Shown one piece after another: positions 43,301 through 52,700 of a stretch of DNA of 64,000 bases. The translations under genes were made by a program, and so were the position numbers. The notes beneath the pieces were generated by a model that saw nothing but the letters and a program-made list of their open reading frames with translations, was not told the origin of the DNA and ran no database searches. Each line of letters opens with the position of its first letter. Positions within the stretch are counted from its first letter, which is position 1. The stretch is from Antedon mediterranea (taxonomy: Eukaryota > Animalia > Echinodermata), in contig NC_092677.1 in assembly GCF_964355755.1 (NCBI RefSeq), positions 26,089,175 through 26,153,174 on the forward strand, read 5' to 3'.

Positions 43301-46300
43301 AGATGAATGGTGAATAGGACTGGACCGTTACAACAAAAGCAACGCAAATTATATGCATATAAATCGTGTCATGTATTAAAATATCTTCATCAACAAGTAC
43401 CACCAGACGTTTAAAGCAAATTGTTTCTTAAGCGTGGTTCCCACTAGAACGCAAAGCAGCGACGTATTGACGCAAAGTGCTGTATTGCGTAATCACAAGT
43501 GAGAACCGACGACGCAATAGTATAGTACTGCAAACATCGTAGGTTTGATTTCACGCAGGCGGGGGCAAATACAATGATTGGAAGGGCATTTTCTTACGTT
43601 GCGTAGATTTTGTGACGTTGCGTCGCTAGTGGGAACCACGCTAGCAGATAAAATGTTATTTTGACCAATTTCAGCTTTAAATGTAGGCCTATATTTATGT
43701 ATATTTTTAATGGACAATATATATTTTTTTATGAGATAATGTATTTTTCCTCACAGGTGTACTACTTAAACTGTAATAACTATTTCTAACAACGATTTGT
43801 GTCTCAATAAAAACAGTGTATTTCGATCGATCGATTTTCCCCGAGACTTTAAAAAAAATTTAGTTATGAAGGCCTAACATTGTTCAAATCGTTCTTCGTA
43901 TATTGTGTATTCCGTAAATAATATTGGTTTCCCGAGACCCAACGCAAGCGATTTGACCGATGACAAGCGACAATAAACAATCGCTCGTGTTGTTGAAATC
44001 ACTTACGTAACTTGCGTTGCGTCTTAAAGCGTGGTTCCCACTAGCGACGCAACGCAAGGACGTAACGCAACGCAAGTGAATTGACCAATCACAAGCGATG
44101 GTTTATTCGCTTGTGATTGCTAATCTATAACTTCGCTTGTCATCGGTTAAAACGCTTGCGTTGCGTTTACGTCCTTGCGTTACGTTCTAGTGAGAACCAA
44201 GCTATTTGAAGGACATTGTTTAAGCTTGGTTCCCACTAGAACGTAACGCAAGGACGTAAACGCAACGCAAGCGTTTTAACCAATGACAAGCGAAGTTATA
44301 GACAGTTAGCAATCACAAGCGAATAAGCCATCGCTTGTGATTGGTCAATTCACTTGCGTTGCGTTACGTCCTTGCGTTGCGTCGCTAGTGGGAACCACGC
44401 TTTACGTTGCGTAGATTGCGTTACGTTGCGTCGCTAGTGGGAACCAAGCTTAAGTAAGCCGGGGGTGTTTTTTTTCTCACAATTTTGCTCCATGTAAGTG
44501 ACAATCTGTATTAGGCCTACAATTTTAAATTCATTTTCAACACATAAATTTGTTTTTACTTTGTTCTGTCGGCATGAGTGTTTTTATAAAGTGTCATAAC
44601 TCTATATAATTAATAGGAAATAGGAAATAATCAAAATGCTAACTTTGTGTTTTTTTGGCCTACATTCCAGTACCGTAAAGATAAGTTACACTATATAATG
44701 GCAGATTTCCTGATCGATTTTTAAACAATCTAAAAATAACGTTAAAGTGTTGCATTCAGTAATCTTACCATTCAGAGCTAAGTACGTCTAATTTCTAACG
44801 GCAACAGAAAATGATCAACGGGTGTTTGATAATTGTCAATTTTGTAATTTGCGGCTTAACAGAAAACGTTTATTTTTCTTATTTGTTTTTATAAATGTAA
44901 TTTTTTGAGTTATTATTCTCAAATGATAGAATCGTAATGAAGGCAGTTGCTACTCAATTTTACAATCACCTGTCGAGTTTTCGATCATTGTGCTATTTCT
45001 ATGTTTGATTATAGAATGACTGATCTGGGAAATCTGCTGACTTAAGTCCAAGTGCTTATCGACAAACTCTACCAAATCAGCTGGCCTATATTAATTGAAC
45101 AATAGTACATAACAATGCTTGAGGAGACAATCGACAAAATGGTTGAGTCGGTCGGTCGGTCTGTCCATGGAGGAAATATTATTTCCTTTATGGTTTTCCA
45201 GTCAATATTCAGTGTACAGTATTGATATATTAAAAAGTTAAAATGTAATACGTCGACGAAATAATCGAGGATGAAGCATTTTTGTTCAGAATTCAACCAG
45301 TTCAGTTTTGAAACATGAAAAACTACCGTAACTAACAGTAGGTTCGTCCGATTTGTATAGAGTTTATATCTGAAGACAATTAACAGCACCACCGTTTCTT
45401 GTCTCACTACTATAAACACTATAACATTGCCTCTACAAATACGTTATATCAACGCTATTCGGCAAGCCAACCTGGTTTGGAATTTGGTATTGAAATTTGT
45501 TTTTAATTTAACCAAGGCTGACTTGTGTGCACTGCCTACCAATATATTGTAGTACTGTAATCTTTTCTGTAATATTATGCGAATATCTCAGCTCATTATC
45601 TGCCTTATTGTTCACTATTGTACTTAAATCTGAAGGATTAAAACCAGAAATGAAAACATGATTCAATATCCTGTGCACAATCCTGCATTAGATGTGATCT
45701 ATTTATTAACATTGTGTTATGTTTTATTAATTGAGGTTGTGATACAATATGGCTGATCATTTTTGTCATATGTAGTTATCGTTTGTGCGTACGTATACGA
45801 ACGGAGTAGGCCTATATCGCTTTTTACGCCAATGTAGTGTATCATTCGTTCGTACGTATCGTTTTTATGACACGTACCGTACTGGAGTGCGTACGTATGG
45901 AGTATCGTTTTTACGGCAATAGAGTGTATCGTTCGTGCGTACGTAGCGTTTTTAAGATAAGTACCGCGTACAGGAGTACGAAATAGAGTATCGTTTTTAC
46001 GCCATGGAGTGTATTGTTCGTGCGATACGTATCGTTTTTATGACACGTACCGTACTGGAGTGCGCGCGTAAGAATTGAGTATCGTTTTTTACGCCAATGT
46101 AGTGTATCATTCGTTCGTACGTATCGTTTTTATGACACGTACCGTACTGGAGTGCGTACGTATGGAGTATCGTTTTTACGGCAATGGAGTGTATTGTTCG
46201 TGCGTACGTAGCGTTTTTAAGACAAGTACCGCGTACAGGAGTAAGTACAAATAGAGTATCGTTTTTACGCCATGGAGTGTATTGTTCGTGCGTACGTATC

Positions 46301-47801
46301 GTTTTTATGACACGTACCGTACTGGAGTGCGCGCGTCACAATTGAGTATCGTTTTTTACGCCAATGTAGTGTATTGTTTGTGCGTTCGTATCGTTTTTAT
46401 GACACGTACCATACTGGAGGGCGTACGAATGAAGTATCGTTTTTACGCCAAAGGTAGTGTATCGCGTGCAAATGATATTGCTGTCCGGTTTTCCGGATAT
46501 CGACGTACGGATCGGATGGGTGTGCGTACAAAATCGGATATAAATACCAGGTAATTGTTTGCAGCAAACGTTTGTCATTACGATAAATGTGTGTTTTAGA
46601 CGCGTGATTTTAAGTTAGGCTACAGGCTACCGTATTGGAGTACGTACGATCAACGGTATATCGTTTTTAAAGCTTGGTTCCCACTGGAACGTAACGCAAG
46701 GACGTAAACGCAACGCAAGCGTTTTAACCAATGACAAGCGAAGTTATAGACAGTTAGCAATCACAGGCGAATAAGCCATCGCTTGTGATTGGTCAATTCA
46801 CTTGCGTTGCGTTACGTCCTTGCGTTGCGTCGCTAGTGTGAACCACGCTTTACACCACTTGTGCGTAACGTATCATTCTTATGACGCATGTATACCATAC
46901 TGGAGAGTGCGTACGAACGGAGTTTACCGTTTGTGACGAAACTTGGAGTGTGTTTATGTATGTACTGTATATCGTTTTTAGGACCTGAGATCCTTTTTCA
47001 AGAAAGTATTTTTGTTTAAACAGTAGGCTTAATATGCTTACATTTTAAAAGGCCTTCTTTACGTTCATTTTACAACCTAATCTAAAACCATCTAATTCGG
47101 TATATCAGGGAAGAATAAAATCATGGTATATAGTTCTTACCTTTGGTAGGTTTTCTCGTTTTTAACAATTCCTCGGCTTTTTGTCCAGCTTCCCAGAAAA
47201 ATTCCGATTGGTTTGTTAAATAATCGTAAGAAACGGATAAATCTTTGACCAATATCATGCCATTGGACTGACGATACGCAAACGGACAAAAAGCAGTATA
47301 ATTCCCAAATTGTTTTCTTCCGTGGCAATTTCCGAATGCAAACACATCGGGGTTATTTTCCACAACCGAAACCACAGCCGAATAAAAAAACAATTCGTTG
47401 TTTTCTAATTGGCTATAAATACTAGCGTTTTTCCAAATTCGTGTCAGAAGGTTAGCCCTATGCACGGCAAACATTGCTTGACGGCGAAACATTCTTGGGC
47501 CGTAAGTGACAGCTCCTCTGTCTAGGGTAACGTCGGTACCTCTTTCGCAGTTTGCGACATTTCGTTCAATATCTTCCATACGTTGAAGAAACTTTGACAC
47601 AACATCTGTATGTGCGTTTAGACGTCTTCTATCATCTTCCTCCGTTACATTACTACTGCTATTGGCAAACACAGATGATTCGGTACTGTTATCGTACTCC
47701 AACTGTGTTACAGTTGAGTTACCGCTTGATGATGAGTTTAAACTTAAAACCGTTGTAAAAGTTACAGATAAGACGAAAAACTCGCATAGCGAAGCTTGCA
47801 T
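13152..47801 (-). CDS. GPR158/GPR179-like (CG31760-like) class C orphan GPCR, complete gene, 11 coding exons, about 801 aa
   Basis: join(47801-47141, 28370-28184, 26636-26504, 24981-24646, 24091-24023, 23246-23137, 21446-21232, 20711-20573, 18060-17955, 16688-16506, 13418-13152). All introns are GT-AG and phases are compatible (total 2406 nt). Signal peptide; Cache-type WSPPYFDCGGG; GTSGIDIDL..IDIDQC; EGF-like GKGFRRGSYVCICKKGYY; 7TM YGALLLKTWR and KAPSEFNESRFI; C-terminal ELRRLYMQLE..NPHL helix. Confidence 0.92.
14106..16259. mobile_element. CACTG-ended (EnSpm/CACTA-like) non-autonomous element hosting the hAT insertion
   Basis: CACTGTAAACAAGATTGTTAAATT at 14106 and AACTGTACATTTAACAGTTTTTTTACAGTG ending at 16259 are imperfect TIRs; subterminal ACTGTAAA/TTTACAGT motifs. 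Confidence 0.6.
14507..16139. mobile_element. Non-autonomous hAT-type element (1.63 kb) with an internal ~315-bp tandem duplication
   Basis: TIR CAGGGGTGGCGCCAG / CTGGCGCCACCACTG; perfect 8-bp TSD ATACAGCA (14499-14506, 16140-16147); subterminal CCCCGACGAGGGGG motifs; duplicated block ~15422-15738 / ~15740-16050. Confidence 0.85.
16307..16492. mobile_element. Harbinger-type MITE family C; further copies at 21467-21612, 23646-23882, ~28034-28170, 28415-28596, ~39541-39680, ~50648-50791, ~53773-53932, partial ~13550-13599
   Basis: TIR AGCTCTGTCTACACTATCAAA...TTTGATAGTGTAGACAGAGCT; TTA TSD at 16304-16306/16493-16495 and 28412-28414/28597-28599; internal ATATGGTAGTGATAT repeats. Confidence 0.85.
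16506..16688 (-). CDS. GPR158-like exon 10 (proximal C-tail)
   Basis: IYMVYKGKGDVIDTKFKTTMTQ..MEKSDIQ; CAG acceptor, GTAAG donor, phase 0/0. Confidence 0.85.
17955..18060 (-). CDS. GPR158-like exon 9 (TM7)
   Basis: FFLHDLANPDLMHVIDFAHTQLTTTVVLVLLFGSK. Confidence 0.9.
19641..20063. repeat. 136-bp tandem repeat, 3 copies
   Basis: CGAACCCAGGCTCTAT...CAACCAATTAAAAAATC at ~19643, 19791, 19927. Confidence 0.92.
20356..20529. mobile_element. Short hAT-type MITE (family E)
   Basis: CAGTAGCGTAAC...TCACGCCACTG ends; 8-bp TSD ATTTATAG/ATCTATAG. Confidence 0.7.
20573..20711 (-). CDS. GPR158-like exon 8 (TM5-TM6)
   Basis: ELLFLLWGVRLCYNVRKAPSEFNESRFISWAIYNETLLSVFSGIA. Confidence 0.92.
21105..21210. 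repeat. 20-bp minisatellite
   Basis: GATGACAGAGGGGATAGTGT, about 5 copies. Confidence 0.8.
21232..21446 (-). CDS. GPR158-like exon 7 (ICL2, TM4, ECL2)
   Basis: IAVVFKVQSALRVRITDADLIKRLCIIQIVFLGYLVART..QCSNDWWDHAGTL. Confidence 0.9.
23137..23246 (-). CDS. GPR158-like exon 6 (TM3)
   Basis: VLAGYSELTTTKCILQKWFQVAGFATSYGALLLKTWR. Confidence 0.9.
23646..23882. mobile_element. MITE family C copy with an expanded internal 21-bp minisatellite (6 copies)
   Basis: ATATGGTAGTGATATACCCAA repeated at 23702-23825 between intact TIRs. Confidence 0.85.
24023..24091 (-). CDS. GPR158-like exon 5 (TM2)
   Basis: VVKAASPMLLRIILFGSLLLYCR; CAG acceptor, GTAAG donor. Confidence 0.88.
24646..24981 (-). CDS. GPR158-like exon 4 (EGF-like/Cys-rich stalk and TM1)
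   Basis: CKFVSGKGFRRGSYVCICKKGYYFPN..CLPCGDGCDECTNGQSC..YRNIK. Confidence 0.92.
25033..25320. repeat. ~24-bp minisatellite
   Basis: CCCCATGCGTGTCAGAGGTCAT, about 12 copies. Confidence 0.9.
25845..26380. repeat. 101-bp tandem repeat, about 5 copies
   Basis: TTCGTTACGATTTGTAGACCAGCCGTAAATATACGCACGACC recurs at ~101-bp spacing. Confidence 0.9.
26504..26636 (-). CDS. GPR158-like exon 3
   Basis: GTSGIDIDLRDIDIDQCPVSENATEEEVDNVFAGSDKCHRETQT; GTGAG donor. Confidence 0.9.
28184..28370 (-). CDS. GPR158-like exon 2 (Cache domain)
   Basis: EFALRLNATEHQETYFDEYIMVNYEDGHWSPPYFDCGGGYIWMMTYTIPFLGMTDNGTYYFK; TAG acceptor, GTAAG donor. Confidence 0.9.
28860..29290 (+). mobile_element. Degenerate L2/CR1-type LINE 3' fragment
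   Basis: HEYGTRKKSDFRIPLKRTNIGQRSIAYG..LPENIK with frameshifts, then an AT-rich 3' UTR with stem-loop and AATAAA. Confidence 0.6.
29324..29542. repeat. 21-bp minisatellite
   Basis: GCCAATATTACAAACGCGTCT, about 10 copies. Confidence 0.9.
31830..33035. repeat. Two arrays of a ~37-bp ACACGCGCGCGTACAAACATTGATAATCAT repeat (31830-31995, 32865-33035); related array at 5445-5705
   Basis: Repeated CGCGCGCGTA(C/A)AAAC units visible directly. Confidence 0.8.
32379..32636 (-). mobile_element. Short LINE/SINE 3'-end insertion with a 9-bp TSD
   Basis: TSD TTCTTCGAA at 32370-32378 and 32637-32645; minus-strand tail (AAAT/AATG)n; stem GAGGAGCCTA..TAGGCTCCTC. Confidence 0.6.
33352..33693. mobile_element. 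Kolobok-like non-autonomous DNA element (family D); further copies at 24280-24592 and 9364-9677 (reverse), partials near 27050-27190, 31200-31350, 54920-55160
   Basis: TTAA-AGATGTATTGTCC...GGACAATACATCT-TTAA; shared interior AAATCAGACTTTGAATAGGTTATTTTGTAGTTT. Confidence 0.75.
34100..34716 (+). mobile_element. L2/CR1-type LINE 3' fragment
   Basis: RRDLHLPQPK..IRYSGSKLFNNLPPEI..FKLKEYLISNY*; ends AATAAA..(TTTGAA)n. Confidence 0.7.
34943..35446. mobile_element. CACTG-type TIR element with AAACATGT/ACACGT subterminal repeats
   Basis: CTGTAAAAATAGTGTTTAGATCTTAAAC and GTTTAAGATCTAAACATTTTTGACAGTG are inverted repeats. Confidence 0.6.
35816..35994. mobile_element. MITE family A, full-length copy
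   Basis: Intact TIRs and core, near-identical to 38595-38773 and 44223-44401. Confidence 0.85.
36107..36853. mobile_element. hAT-type MITE family E copy interrupted by a stack of Harbinger MITEs (36176-36737)
   Basis: CAGCGGCGTAAC...GTTACGTCACTG; perfect TSD GTGGCAAT (36099-36106, 36854-36861); the flanking interior matches 20356-20529. Confidence 0.8.
38383..38773. mobile_element. Abutting MITE B and MITE A copies sharing a TTA
   Basis: ...CCACGCT-TTA-AGCGTGG... junction at 38591-38595. Confidence 0.85.
39255..39450. repeat. Diverged 3-copy array of the same 60-bp unit as at 1-1190
   Basis: TTGTATCTCCATTGAGATCC..AGCCACTGATACCCACAGCATTGTCAT. Confidence 0.85.
39905..40300. repeat. 94-bp tandem repeat, about 4 copies
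   Basis: AAGCTTCGTTCCCACGTAAAGGCGTAAGGCCAATTCACACAGACGAG at ~94-bp spacing. Confidence 0.9.
41775..42797 (+). mobile_element. 5'-truncated L2/CR1-clade LINE fragment (ORF2 C-terminus and 3' UTR)
   Basis: FVGVSLDKNLTWKTHL (frameshifted) then YKSFILPLITYGIEVWGS..HSIPLFKQL..YQGPKLWNKIP; 3' stem-loop AAAAGGCCAAAA..TTTTGGTCTTTT; AATAAA and (ATT)n tail. Confidence 0.85.
44028..44450. mobile_element. Two inverted MITE A copies plus a MITE B end fragment
   Basis: 44028-44203 and 44223-44401 in opposite orientation; B terminus at 44402-44450. Confidence 0.85.
45775..46980. repeat. CpG-rich compound minisatellite (GTATCGTTTTTA.. / GTGCGTACGTA subunits with a higher-order period), interrupted by a MITE A copy
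   Basis: GTATCGTTTTTATGACACGTACCGTACTGGAGTGCG recurs many times. Confidence 0.85.
47141..47801 (-). CDS. GPR158-like exon 1 (signal peptide and start of ectodomain)
   Basis: MQASLCEFFVLSVTFTTVLSL..FAVHRANLLTRIWK..FCPFAYR..ILVKDLSVSYDYL; donor GTAAG at 47140, phase 1. Confidence 0.9.
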
Positions 47802-49701
47802 CTTGGTAATGTTTTGATTTTTCTCGAACTATATAATCCAAAAAGGTGCTGGTAGTCGAAGTAGTGTGTTGTTAGTGTTGCGATGTGGAGTTGCATTATG
47901 TCACACAGAAACGTATATAGCATTCACGGCCATCGATAGCTTGCTACTGTTGGCCTGCTATTCGCGACTAAAAGGACGTGCTCGCTCTCTGTGATGATGA
48001 CGAAACAAAAACCGCCGTCCTATCGCAATTCATCTGATGTTGATTTAGTATTATACTATATTAGTGCAACACGCTTCTTTTCCACAACACGTTAAAATGA
48101 CTTTTTAATGATGATCTTTTCTTGTAATAAGCCACAATTAACAAGTTAATTTTATCTTAGATATTGTATAAGTTGGCGATCGACAGTGTGTGTATAGTAA
48201 TCATCGCTCCACCTCTTTTGACAAGATAAGAAGATGGTCTTCACAACCTATTGTGACGACAACGTAGCGAAGACAACACGCACAGTTCGATCAATCAATA
48301 TATGATATATCGTTGTTCCAATTTATATTCATAATTATGTTAATTGCTGTCTATTAATCAATAATACAGACAAAAATTACCGTACCTTTTGATTAAAACA
48401 GTCTACTATGATAACTCCTTGATTTAAACGAGTTGCGCGCACGATATCGGCGTCCGGATTACCGGATATCGACGTACGGATCGGTGTGCGTACAAAAACG
48501 GATACAATTACCAGGTAGTTGTAAATTAACAACCCCCTGCAAATACAAAGTTCGTCAAACTGCTATTACGAGAAATATTGTGTTTAACACGCGTGATTTT
48601 AAGGTAGGCTACACGCGAGGTAAAATTAACGAACTGTGTATAAATATACAAGCTTCTACTACTAATGCAGAGTTAATTCAGAGTAATGATTGGTTACGAT
48701 ACAAATTAATTGATTTTTCACTCTGATGAAGGTTTTTCGATCCAGAAATGAATTTGGCTTACAGTCATATCACCTGCATTTAAATATCAATATCGTAGAT
48801 AGGCCGCGTGTCCCTATAATAATAAATGATGGCGCTATTTACTAAAATCGCATCATGATACCGGTTCCATGCAATATAATTAATAATCTTAGTGGAATTT
48901 CGTTCGCGTTTGGAGATATTTTTAATAATAGTTAGTTTGTAATGTCTAATAATTCTTACTAAATGCTTTTACTAAGCAGTTTCCGAGGAATGTAAGGAAT
49001 GCGGATTAGATGGGAACTATTATTATTAATCATCTATTTTTAGAACAAAATGGGTATTTCCCCTCATTACGTACGTACCTACCCATCCATGACCGACCGG
49101 AGGTGAAACACGATACGATCGAGAGACAGACGAGTTGTGATGTTTTAATGTAAGCCGGGAAGAGCGAATTGTTTCCTGGTTTTTGTTTTCTTAAATGGTA
49201 AGGCAGGATATGTATTGTTAATTCATTTGAGTATAAAGTAGATTGAGGCTCAGGAAACTGTGAACATAATCGTGTCGCTCAAAAGGCACAAAAGCGTCCT
49301 TTTATTTGTCTAGGCCTCTCATACACCACTAGTCACTAGCTAGGCCTAGTAGTAGTAAGTAGTGGTGACTAATCTAGGCTATAGGCTAGTTAGATCATCT
49401 CGGATATCCAACAGCACACACGAGGCAGACTCGTCTCAATAATACCAAGCAAGCTTAAGCGGAAACACTACGCAGAGCCTATTATTATTCGAGATATGGA
49501 TAAGTGTAATATTCCTGCTTTCTTGACCAATATTTAAATGAAACAGACTAGTGTTCGTACTCATTTGCAAATCTCAAAACAACATTTCACAAAAGTAAAC
49601 AGACTTATTTTTATCAAATATTTTATCAATTTTAATAATATATGTTGTAACTTGTATGCTTTATTTTTTATTATCAGTAAGACAAAAAAATACATTTCAA
49701 A
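47802..49701. promoter_or_regulatory. Divergent intergenic/promoter region between the GPR158-like gene and kinase A; probable untranslated first exon of kinase A ending near 49197
   Basis: Head-to-head ATGs 1.9 kb apart; donor G|GTAAGG near 49198; acceptor TTATCAG near 49677 just upstream of the ATG; kappaB-like GGGTATTTCCCC at 49052-49063. Confidence 0.45.
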
Positions 49702-52700
49702 ATGGCAGAGGTCGACACAGTGGATGGTCTGACCTCCGGAATGGAATCAATTAATATAATTGGTGGAACTGGTGCTGTCTTGGCAATTGAACGTCTCGAC
49801 TCCTTTACATTTGGCCAAGATATTGGAAGTGGATCATTTGGGAAAGTGATGAAAGCCCGTCATCCTACCTACAATGATGTTGCTATTAAAATGTTATTCC
49901 CAAACTGTGGGTATGTGTTTAAATAACAATAATATTTATATCTCCAGCTAATGAGAAATGGTAGGAAATCGTAAAATAAAATTGTGTGTTGTTTGAACAA
50001 TTGTCACGACGTGTGCCAAGATTTTCTTGCTCAATTTGGAAAAAAATTTAACAATAAACATAATGTTTTAAATTCTAACTTAAATTCTAATGTTATTTAC
50101 GTTACTATTTTATACATTTTTTGTTGTTGATTGTACACAATTTCTGAATAGGCACACATGATTTCTTCAGGGTTTTTTTTCTTTACAGAGAGGAAGCAAT
50201 AAGAGAAGCCACAAAAATGAGAAAACTATGTGTTTATCCATCGATAGTAAATGTGATATGTTTAGCCATCGATGGACAGAAATTGGGAATTGTCATGGAG
50301 TGGATGAGACTTGGAAGTTTAAGATCTTTTCAACAACGAGTAAAACACATTCCATGGGCTCTTAGAATGAGAATGTTGAAAGATATCTCAGAGGGAATGT
50401 TCTTTCTTCATCATCATCAAAACCCTTCAATTGTTCACGGAGATTTAAAAGCTGAAAACATCTTTGTCAATGAGAATTTAGTTGTAAAGGTATGTTGCCT
50501 AGTAGTAGCCCCTTCACATCTCATAGCGAGACTCCAGAATTCATACACAGAACAAGGCTGCTGTTGTGTGTGTGTAAATGGGGTGTAAACTCCGGAATTT
50601 TTCTAGGCAATGATAGGAGTAGTAGTATATGCTGCTTTTTTTCTGCTTTTGTCTACACTATCAAACTTTATGTGATGTGCACATATATGGACATCATGAT
50701 GTCATATCACTATACATGTATTTTGCCATATCACTATCATATTTTGGCACATCACACTTTTTTTGCCAAACTAGTTAGTGTAGACAGAGCTTTAAATCTG
50801 TTCAGACTAGTGGAGCATTTAATTGTTGCTGGTAAGCTATTCCATACATATAACCGATAGTTTACTACACCATCAAGTCAATATTCAATTGAAAATAATT
50901 ATATTTATCAGATTGGTGATTTAGGTCTTTCACGAACTATGAAATCGATGATGGATAGACCAAAAGGTGGTACCCCAACTCACATGCCTCCTGAATACTT
51001 TACTATAAAATCTTCTCCAAATACCAAGTGGGACGTTTATAGTTTTGCCATTTTGCAATATGAAATTGGAAGTGGAGAAGAAGTTTATAAAGGTAGGTAC
51101 ATTCAACCCCCGAACTCACTTAAAAGACCTAATATCTGCGACCTAATACCTGCGACCTCATATCTGAAACCTCGTACCTGCAACCTTGTACCTGCAACTT
51201 CATATCTACAACCTTATATCTGTGACCTCATATCTGTGACCTCATATCTGCGACCTCATATATGCGACATCATATCTGCGACTGCATATCTGCATCCTCA
51301 TCTGCGACCTCATATCTGCGACCTCATATCTGCGACCTCATATCTGCAACCTCATATATGCAACCTCAAATCTGCGACCTCATATCTGCGACTTCATATC
51401 TGCGACCTCATATCTGCATCCTCATCTGCGACCTCATATCTACAACCTCATATCTGCGACCTCATATCTGCGACCTCAAATCTGCGACCTCAAATCTGCA
51501 ACCTCATATCTGCGACCTCATATCTGCGATACACATCTGTAATCATTGTATAACTGACTGCTACACCCTGTAACTTTTGTTTTTTTAGAGCTTGATGGTG
51601 ACGCGTTCCGACTAGAATTACTTGTAAAGACGAGAAAAAAGCGTCTTCCAATTGAAGATCTGCCCGATGATACTCCATCTGTTGTCAAGGAGTTGATAGA
51701 AAAGTGCTGGGAACATGAGCCTGATGAAAGACCAGACTTTGAACGTAAGAAATTTGTTGGTACCTCTGTCTAGTATTATAATCACATCATAATCAAAACA
51801 ATGGCATTTACAAGTATAGAACACTCTGAGCAATACTAGATGTCTCTGTGGCCAGTTTCGACGTATTAAATTGTTATTACTCTGAGAAATATTATGCCCA
51901 ATATGAAACCTTCAATCTGTGAACGATCCCTTGATATTATATATTTTATACCTTATTAGTAGTTTTTAGTTAAAATCTGTAATCTTTTTTAGATATAAAA
52001 ACTAGAGTTCAAAAGGAATACAATGAGAATTTTCATACGTCCATACACGAAGCATTAAAAGTTTGTCAACAGCAGTTATCACAGGTAGGAAAACAAATCT
52101 TTAAACTTAAGTTGTCTTTTGATAAAAAATAATCCATTTAATATTAAAGGTTTATTCCTTGTTATTAGATATGATCCCTAAAGATAGTATTAGTGGTAAA
52201 GTAAAGGCAGCGTCGCACAATAAATCGTCTCGTCGGGAGAAAAGCATGTTCTCCTTACGACCTAAAAACTACGGCCAATCATATCTCAAGACGACTCCCT
52301 CTTGTCGGGATTCAACTCAGACAGCATTGGCGAGTCCAGACGTTTCATCGGGCTTCGTCGTACGATGCTGTCTGAGTTGGCCGTTAATTGTACAATAAAT
52401 ATAGCAAGGAATTTGATCACTTTTAACATTTTAATTCCTTTGTTTTAGGAAGAAAAAAACACTACAGAACTTGACCAATCGAAAAATCTAACGACCGCTA
52501 ATCCGATGTTTGGAATTGATAATGACAAACAAGCAAACAGTTCTAGAGAAAATGCAAATATCAATCAGAATAATTATAAAACACCAGAATTTGGAACTAA
52601 ACGAATACTAGGTGAATCATATGGTGAAGAAACAGTGTTAAAGACTAACCGGTCTTTACTTACAACTGTCCCAGGATCTCAAAGAGTAAATATGAATGAA

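Noticed and set aside
51093-51553. Extension of the kinase ORF into Cys/His-rich repeats (ORFs 50939-51553 and 51262-51573)
   Set aside because: Read-through into an intronic 14-bp minisatellite; the donor at 51093 matches paralog B and the kinase resumes at 51589
52159-52398. 79-aa ORF in kinase A intron 5
   Set aside because: No clear donor before the stop and no counterpart in paralog B; exon 5 splices in phase to 52449
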